This document shows, in pieces, positions 58,692 to 64,000 of a stretch of 64,000 nucleotides of DNA (position 1 is its first letter; each line of letters opens with the position of its first letter). The notes under the pieces are model-generated. The model did no database searches. It saw only the letters and a program-made list of their open reading frames with translations, and had not been told where the DNA came from. The DNA comes from an uncultured Gemmatimonadales bacterium. GTDB lineage: Bacteria > Gemmatimonadota > Gemmatimonadetes > Longimicrobiales > RSA9. The stretch spans positions 352,001 to 416,000 of the forward strand of contig CAWFKH010000001.1 of assembly GCA_963816355.1 (NCBI GenBank). Reading direction: 5' to 3'. The translations under genes were made by a program, and so were the position numbers.

Positions 58692-59050
58692 CCGTCCGCC
58701 AGCCTCGCGTCCGTTCGCACCGCGTCCGTCAGCACCAGCTCCACGGCCTCCGTGAACCGACGCCAGCTCGCGATCTCCTCCCCCAGCGCACGCCGGCCCC
58801 GCACCGTCAGGTCGTAGTACTTCGCGCGCCGGTTGTTCTCTGTCATCGCCCATTCGGCGTCGATCCAGCCGCGCCGCTCCAGCCGGTGCAGCGCCGGGTA
58901 CAGCGAGCCCTGCCCCACCAGCAGCGCGTCCCGCGAAAGCTGCTGGATTCGCTGGCTGATCCCCCACCCGTGCAGCGGCCGGAGCGACAGTGTGCGCAGA
59001 ATCAGCAGGTCCAGCGTGCCCTGCAGGACATCCGAGTCGCGAACCGTCAT
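58688..59050 (-). CDS. PadR family regulator (Acidobacterial type)
   Basis: VLQGTLDLLIL, HGWGI, GSLYPALHRLE, TENNRRAKYY. Confidence 0.94.
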   Translation of the reverse strand: MTVRDSDVLQGTLDLLILRTLSLRPLHGWGISQRIQQLSRDALLVGQGSLYPALHRLERRGWIDAEWAMTENNRRAKYYDLTVRGRRALGEEIASWRRFTEAVELVLTDAVRTDARLADG

Positions 59051-59076
59051 CGCGGCGCTCCGTTACCTGGGTTGCC

Positions 59077-59215
59077 CAGCCGGTCCGACCGCAGCCGGTC
59101 CGACCGCCGCGGCCCGACCGCCGCGGCCGGACGCCGCGGCCGACCGCCGCGGCCGGACGCCGCGGCCGACCGCCGTGGCCGACCGCCGCGGCCGACCGCC
59201 GTGGCCGGACGCCGC
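59077..59215. repeat. GC-rich tandem array of ~13-bp units (about 9 copies)
   Basis: CCGACCGCCGYGG / CCGGACGCCGCGG units, preceded by a 15-bp duplication. Confidence 0.85.
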
Positions 59216-59273
59216 TCCTGTCGAGATCCGACAAATCGACCCTAGTCGGGTTCCTGTCGAAGCGCAAGGGGAA
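59216..59273 (-). promoter_or_regulatory. Putative PadR operator sites
   Basis: Palindrome TGTCG-N5-CGACA at 59219-59233; TCCTGTCGA repeated at 59216 and 59252. Confidence 0.5.
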
Positions 59274-59567
59274 ACGCAGCGGCGGTAGGCGCGCGACGAC
59301 GTCCACCGGTGATCGAGTAGAGACCCTGCGAGGGGAAGACGTGCAGCCGGGAGGCGGCCGGGCGGGCAATCTCTCGTGGCGAGCAATTTCTCGTAATGGA
59401 CGCCCGCTCGCGCGCCGCCATCCGGCTTGGTCTCGGAAAACGAGCAGAATCTCGTTCGCGAGCGGCGCCGCCCGCGAGCGTTTCGAGATCGTTCCCGCTA
59501 TCCGGGCAGAACCCGGATGGCGAGCGTCGGGGCGGCGCCGATTACGCGATTCTTCTCGGCGCGCTGC

Positions 59568-61637
59568 TCAGACCCCGGCCGACTCCAGCACGCGGATGGC
59601 GCCGCCCGGCTGCCACTCGGTGACGCAGCCCGCGATGGCGCTGGCCGCCACGGTGTACGGCGACGCGAGGTAGAGGTTGCCGGGCCCCGACCGTCCCGGG
59701 AAGTTGCGGTTCTGCGAGCTGATGGTGACCTCGGCGGCCGTGGCGCTCGTGCCGGGGCCGGCGGCGATGCACGCGCCGCAGCCCGGCTCGATGAACTCGG
59801 CGCCGACGTCGTCGAAGAGGTGCAGGTAGCCCTGGCGCTCGCAGTACTGCTTCACCTCCTGCGAGCCGCACTGGATGAACAGCTTGACGTCCGGGTGGAC
59901 GCGCAGCCCCTGTGCCCGCGCCTCGCCGAGCACGCGGGCGTACATGTCCATGTCCTCCTTCTTGCCCGCCGTGCAGGAGCCGGCGTAGGCGACGTCGATG
60001 CGGACCGGCTCGTCGTCGAGCTCGTCGATGTAGAGACCGTTGCCGGGGTCGCCCGGGAGCGCGACCATGGGGCGGATCGCGGACGCGTCGATCTCGATCA
60101 CCTTGACGTAGGTGGCGTCCGCGTCGGAGGCGAGGCCGTCGCAGAGGCGCTCGGCGGCGTCGCGTTCCATCCCGCGCTCGGCGACGAGGTACCCGACCGC
60201 CTTCGCGTCCGGCGCGACGATGCCGGTGAAGGCGCCCACCTCGGCGGCCATGTTGGTCATGGTGGCGCGCTCGTCGATGGAGAGCGCCTCCACCGCCTCG
60301 CCGGCGTACTCGATGATCTGGCCGATCGCCTGGCCGTCGCGGACGTAGGGGTGGCGCAGGATCTCCAGCATGAAGTCCTTCGCCGTGACGTTGTCCGGCT
60401 TGCGCCCGCGCACGACCACCTTGAACGAGGGCGGCACGGAGACGCGCACGTCCTTCGTGATCCACGAGTTGAAGATGGCGGTGGTGCCGACGCCGAAGGC
60501 GATCGCGCCGATCGCGCCGGAGTGCGGCGTGTGCGAGTCGGTGCCGACGATGAGCTGGCCCGGTTCGGCGTACTCCTCGAGCATCTTGGAGTGGCAGATC
60601 GCCTCCGAACCCAGGTGCAGCCCCAGCCGCTCGCCGTAGTAGATCACGCCCTGCTTCTTCGCGAACGCCTCCTGCTTGTCCTTGAGCTGGCGCGCGACGT
60701 CGAGCAGCCCGAGCTGCACGCGCTCCTGCGGCATCACCTGGTGCAGGTAGGTGAGGTGGTCGCGGAACATGATCACGGAGCCGGCGTCCTTGATGCGCGC
60801 GTCCGGCCCCAGCTTCTGCTCGAAGAAGATCGCCGCCATCGGCGTCACGTATTCGTGCGAGAAGCGCCAGTCGGCCACGACGAAGCCGCTCTCCCCGGCG
60901 CGCACCCAGGGCACGCCCCGCTCGCCCCGCGACGCGTCCACCACCCAGTGCCGCGCGAAGATCTTCTCCGCGATCGTCATCGGATGCGACGTCGCCGCGC
61001 CGCCGCCCGCGCGCTGCGCCTCGACCGGCGTCGTCTCGACCCGGCCCTGCAGCCGCGCCACGTTGAACTCGAAGAGGCCGCCGTACTCGATGATCTGGCG
61101 CGTGATCGGGTCCGCGTCCCGGGTGAACTCCTCGAGCGCGATCTCTTCACCGGAGCGGATGCGCTCGATCAGCGAGAAGTCGGTCGACGTCAGGATGCCC
61201 AGGTTCTGGCAGTTCTCGTTGTAGATGCGCTCGATGTTCTCGGCGATCACGACGCGGATCCCCGCCGTCATCTCGGCGTACGGCGACTGCTCGCGCGAGC
61301 TGCCCTTGCCGCGCCGCTTGCCGCTGACCGAGCAGACGAAGCCGCCCTTCCGGACCGCGCCGCGCCCGATCGGTGCCTCGCCGCCCGCGCGCAGCCCGAG
61401 ATACGGGAACTCGCCCAGCGTCTCGTCGAAGTAGTAGCAGATGTAGGCGGGCGTGATCTCGTCGGTCGAGATCTGGTCGCGCAGGCCCGCCTCCAGCGCC
61501 GCCTCCACCGTGATGTCCTCCCCCGCGAGCTGGCGCCGGATCAGGTCCGCATCGTCCACCAGGAAGAGGACGCGGCCAGCGAAGCGGAGGCGCGAGGGTC
61601 GTTTGCTGACATCGAGGCGGAGGAGATCGGAAGGCAT
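59568..61637 (-). CDS. Aconitase / isopropylmalate dehydratase family protein, small (swivel) subunit fused N-terminally to large subunit
   Basis: ISTDEITP and GSSRE (swivel); TIAEKI, DSHT, GSCT, PGCGAC, NRNFPGR, LASP (large). Confidence 0.88.
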   Translation of the reverse strand: MPSDLLRLDVSKRPSRLRFAGRVLFLVDDADLIRRQLAGEDITVEAALEAGLRDQISTDEITPAYICYYFDETLGEFPYLGLRAGGEAPIGRGAVRKGGFVCSVSGKRRGKGSSREQSPYAEMTAGIRVVIAENIERIYNENCQNLGILTSTDFSLIERIRSGEEIALEEFTRDADPITRQIIEYGGLFEFNVARLQGRVETTPVEAQRAGGGAATSHPMTIAEKIFARHWVVDASRGERGVPWVRAGESGFVVADWRFSHEYVTPMAAIFFEQKLGPDARIKDAGSVIMFRDHLTYLHQVMPQERVQLGLLDVARQLKDKQEAFAKKQGVIYYGERLGLHLGSEAICHSKMLEEYAEPGQLIVGTDSHTPHSGAIGAIAFGVGTTAIFNSWITKDVRVSVPPSFKVVVRGRKPDNVTAKDFMLEILRHPYVRDGQAIGQIIEYAGEAVEALSIDERATMTNMAAEVGAFTGIVAPDAKAVGYLVAERGMERDAAERLCDGLASDADATYVKVIEIDASAIRPMVALPGDPGNGLYIDELDDEPVRIDVAYAGSCTAGKKEDMDMYARVLGEARAQGLRVHPDVKLFIQCGSQEVKQYCERQGYLHLFDDVGAEFIEPGCGACIAAGPGTSATAAEVTISSQNRNFPGRSGPGNLYLASPYTVAASAIAGCVTEWQPGGAIRVLESAGV

Positions 61638-61749
61638 CGCGTCGCGCTCGTTCGTTGGGGTTGAGGACCGTGCGGAATTTAACGGGAGAACGGGTGCAGG
61701 AAAGGCCACGGCGCCGCTAGATTCGTCGTGCACCTTCGGAGGACCCGCC

Positions 61750-62970
61750 ATGGCCGACCTCGCCGCCACCGCCGGATCGCGGACCACCGCCGCCGCGCCC
61801 GCAACCGCGCCGCCCCCGGACGTCGCGCCCGCACCCGCCGCGACCGCAGCCGCGCCGCGCCGCCTGCGCTCGCTCGACGTCTTCCGCGGCGCCACCGTCG
61901 CGGCGATGCTGCTGGTCAACAATCCGGGGAGCTGGGGCCACATCTACGCGCCGCTCGCGCACGCCGCGTGGAACGGCTGGACGCCCACCGACCTGATCTT
62001 CCCGTTCTTCGTCTTCATCGTGGGCGTGGCGGCGGTGCTGTCGTTCGCGAGCCGGCGCGCGCGCGGGGCGCGTCGCAGCGACCTCGTGCGGAAGGTGGTG
62101 AGCCGCGCGGCGGTGATCTTCGCGGTGGGGCTGGTCATGAACGGCTTCCCCACCTACGACGTCGGCTCGATCCGCATCATGGGCGTGCTGCAGCGCATCG
62201 CGCTCGCCTACCTCGTCGGCGGGCTGATCGTGCTGTACACGCGGGAGCGCGGGCGCGTGGTCGCCGCCGCGATCCTGCTCTACGGCTACTGGGCGCTGCA
62301 GACGCTCGTGCCGGTGCCGGGCACGCACGGCCGCGCGGGCGTGCTCGAGCCCGGCCTCGACCTCGGCGCGTGGATCGACCGCACCGTCCTCGGCGCGCGG
62401 CACCTCTGGATCTACTCCGCCACGTGGGACCCCGAGGGCCTCCTCTCCACGATGGGCGCCGCCGCCACGCTGCTCCTCGGCTCCCTCGCGGGCGAGTGGC
62501 TGCGCTCGGACCGTTCCACCCACGAGAAGACCGTCGGCCTGCTCCTCGCCGGCAACCTCGCGCTCGCCCTCGGCCTCGCCTGGAACGCCGCCCTGCCGAT
62601 CAACAAGAACCTGTGGACCGGCTCCTACGCCGTCTTCACCGCCGGCTTCGCCGCCGTCACCCTCGCCTTCTCGTACTGGATCGTCGACGTCCGCGGCCAC
62701 GGCGGCGCGTGGACCGCGCCGTTCGTCGCCTTCGGCACCAACGCCATCGCCGCCTTCTTCCTCTCCGGGGTCTTCACCCGCGGCCTGAACCTGATCCGCG
62801 TCGGCGAGGGAGCGCGTGCGACGTCGCTCTACGCATGGCTCTACGCCCACCTCTTCCTGCCCTGGCTCGGCCCCTTCGACGCGTCGCTCGCCTTCGCCCT
62901 CACCTACGTCGCGCTCTTCACCGCGCTCGTGATGGCGATGCAGCGTCGCGGCATCGCCATCAAGGTGTGA
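61750..62970 (+). CDS. Heparan-alpha-glucosaminide N-acetyltransferase-like (NagX/DUF5009) membrane protein
   Basis: RLRSLDVFRG, VNNPG, TDLIFPFF, GVLQRIA, DPEGLLST, PINKNLWT. Confidence 0.9.
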   Translation: MADLAATAGSRTTAAAPATAPPPDVAPAPAATAAAPRRLRSLDVFRGATVAAMLLVNNPGSWGHIYAPLAHAAWNGWTPTDLIFPFFVFIVGVAAVLSFASRRARGARRSDLVRKVVSRAAVIFAVGLVMNGFPTYDVGSIRIMGVLQRIALAYLVGGLIVLYTRERGRVVAAAILLYGYWALQTLVPVPGTHGRAGVLEPGLDLGAWIDRTVLGARHLWIYSATWDPEGLLSTMGAAATLLLGSLAGEWLRSDRSTHEKTVGLLLAGNLALALGLAWNAALPINKNLWTGSYAVFTAGFAAVTLAFSYWIVDVRGHGGAWTAPFVAFGTNAIAAFFLSGVFTRGLNLIRVGEGARATSLYAWLYAHLFLPWLGPFDASLAFALTYVALFTALVMAMQRRGIAIKV

Positions 62971-63037
62971 GCGCGCCCCCGCCCGCAGAGTGTGGCCGGG
63001 AGCGCGCTCCGTCTGGCGGCGCGGACCGCCCGCGGGG

Positions 63038-63259
63038 TCACGGCCGGCCCGACGTGTCCACCCGGATCTCGGGGACCTCGACCGTCGTGGTGTCCGTGCC
63101 CACCTCCACGCGCGCCGGGTCCACGTCGTACTTCGGCAGCTTGCCGCCCTGCACATCGACGTCCGGCGCCTCGCCCTCCTCGGTCTGGTGCACCGTGCAC
63201 GCGCCGAGCGCCAGCGCCAGCGCGGGGACGGAGAGCCATACGGGGAATCGTCGCTGCAT
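63038..63259 (-). CDS. Small lipoprotein (73 aa)
   Basis: GGAGG RBS; lipobox LGAC; QTEEGEAPDVDVQGGKLPKYDVD. Confidence 0.75.
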   Translation of the reverse strand: MQRRFPVWLSVPALALALGACTVHQTEEGEAPDVDVQGGKLPKYDVDPARVEVGTDTTTVEVPEIRVDTSGRP

Positions 63260-63408
63260 GAGGACCTCCATTGTTCGTAATCCGTTGCCTTTCATCGGTT
63301 TGCACGCTACATGAGGCAAGATGCAGACCGCCGGCGGGTAGGGATCTTGCACGCCACGCCGACCATGCCACCCACGCGTCGACCCATGAGCCGCGCTCCG
63401 ACCGGGCC

Positions 63409-64000
63409 ATGACCTCGCCCCCGATCCCACCTCCGATCCGGCACGCGACCCGACCCCCGATCCGGCACGCGACCCGGTCCGGGGTCCGGCCGGCGCTCGC
63501 CGCGCTCGCGCTCGCCGCGGCGCTCGCCGCCTGCGGATGCTCGCGCCCCGCGCACCAGCGCCGCGAGACGAGCGCGGCGCGCACCCCCTCCGGCCGCCTC
63601 GCCGTGCCGGTCGAGACGGTCGACACGACCACGCCGCCGCCCGCGGCGGCGGCCGACACCGCCGCGGCGCCGCCGGGCGCGCCGTCGCAGCCGGGCGACA
63701 CCACCGCGGCGCCGGCGGGGGCGCCGCCGCAGCCGGCCGACACCGCGGCCGGGGGCGCCGCGCAGCCGGCCGACACCGCCGCGCCCCCCGCCGCCGCGCC
63801 GCCGGACAGCGGCGCGTGGGCGACGCACGCGGTCGCGGCGACGCGCGCGGCGGCCGGCGTCGCCACGCTGCGCCAGGTGCGCTTCGCCCGCCACGAGGAC
63901 TTCGACCGCGTCGTCTTCGAGTTCGACGGCGCGCTGCCCGGCTACCGCGTGGCCTACGGCTCGGCGCCGGCGGCGGCGTGCGGGTCCGGCCGTCCGGTCG
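63409..64000 (+). CDS. AMIN-like domain lipoprotein (runs off the right edge)
   Basis: Not in the ORF track. Lipobox LAAC; Pro/Ala linker; LRQVRFARHEDFDRVVFEFDGALPGYRVAY. Confidence 0.75.
   Translation, partial: MTSPPIPPPIRHATRPPIRHATRSGVRPALAALALAAALAACGCSRPAHQRRETSAARTPSGRLAVPVETVDTTTPPPAAAADTAAAPPGAPSQPGDTTAAPAGAPPQPADTAAGGAAQPADTAAPPAAAPPDSGAWATHAVAATRAAAGVATLRQVRFARHEDFDRVVFEFDGALPGYRVAYGSAPAAACGSGRPV

Overview
High-GC bacterial chromosomal window. Gene content (orphan ADOP permease with PadR, BTAD-TPR regulator, many lipoproteins and beta-propellers, Oar-like TonB-dependent receptor) suggests Gemmatimonadota; this is an inference. From left to right it holds: a minus-strand accessory locus (AraC-like regulator, TonB-dependent receptor, PDZ protein, small Cys-rich secreted peptide, two gene remnants); a frameshifted PHP-domain gene; a rhomboid protease; two tandem beta-propeller lipoproteins; TPP riboswitch with thiC; a Fic gene bracketed by a duplicated piece of the thiC 3' end; a di-heme peroxidase/lipoprotein pair opposite a BTAD regulator; iorAB; M28 and S9 peptidases; tRNA-Val(CAC) followed by an islet (Xre/RES toxin-antitoxin, mer-like remnant); a his operon with a His6 leader attenuator and a HisD-HisC fusion; a ~11 kb radical-SAM / TIGR04282-TIGR04283 glycosyltransferase cluster with its own porin and sodium symporter; PadR/ADOP permease; a swivel-first aconitase-family fusion; and a NagX-like acyltransferase. 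The best candidates for undescribed biology are the variant radical-SAM/glycosyltransferase system (44996-55955), with a small coupled ORF and a structured upstream region, and a ~200 bp element of 41-bp palindromes at 62-63 bp periodicity that occurs twice (27.3 kb and 51.1 kb). All family calls come from motif recognition by eye, not database searches.
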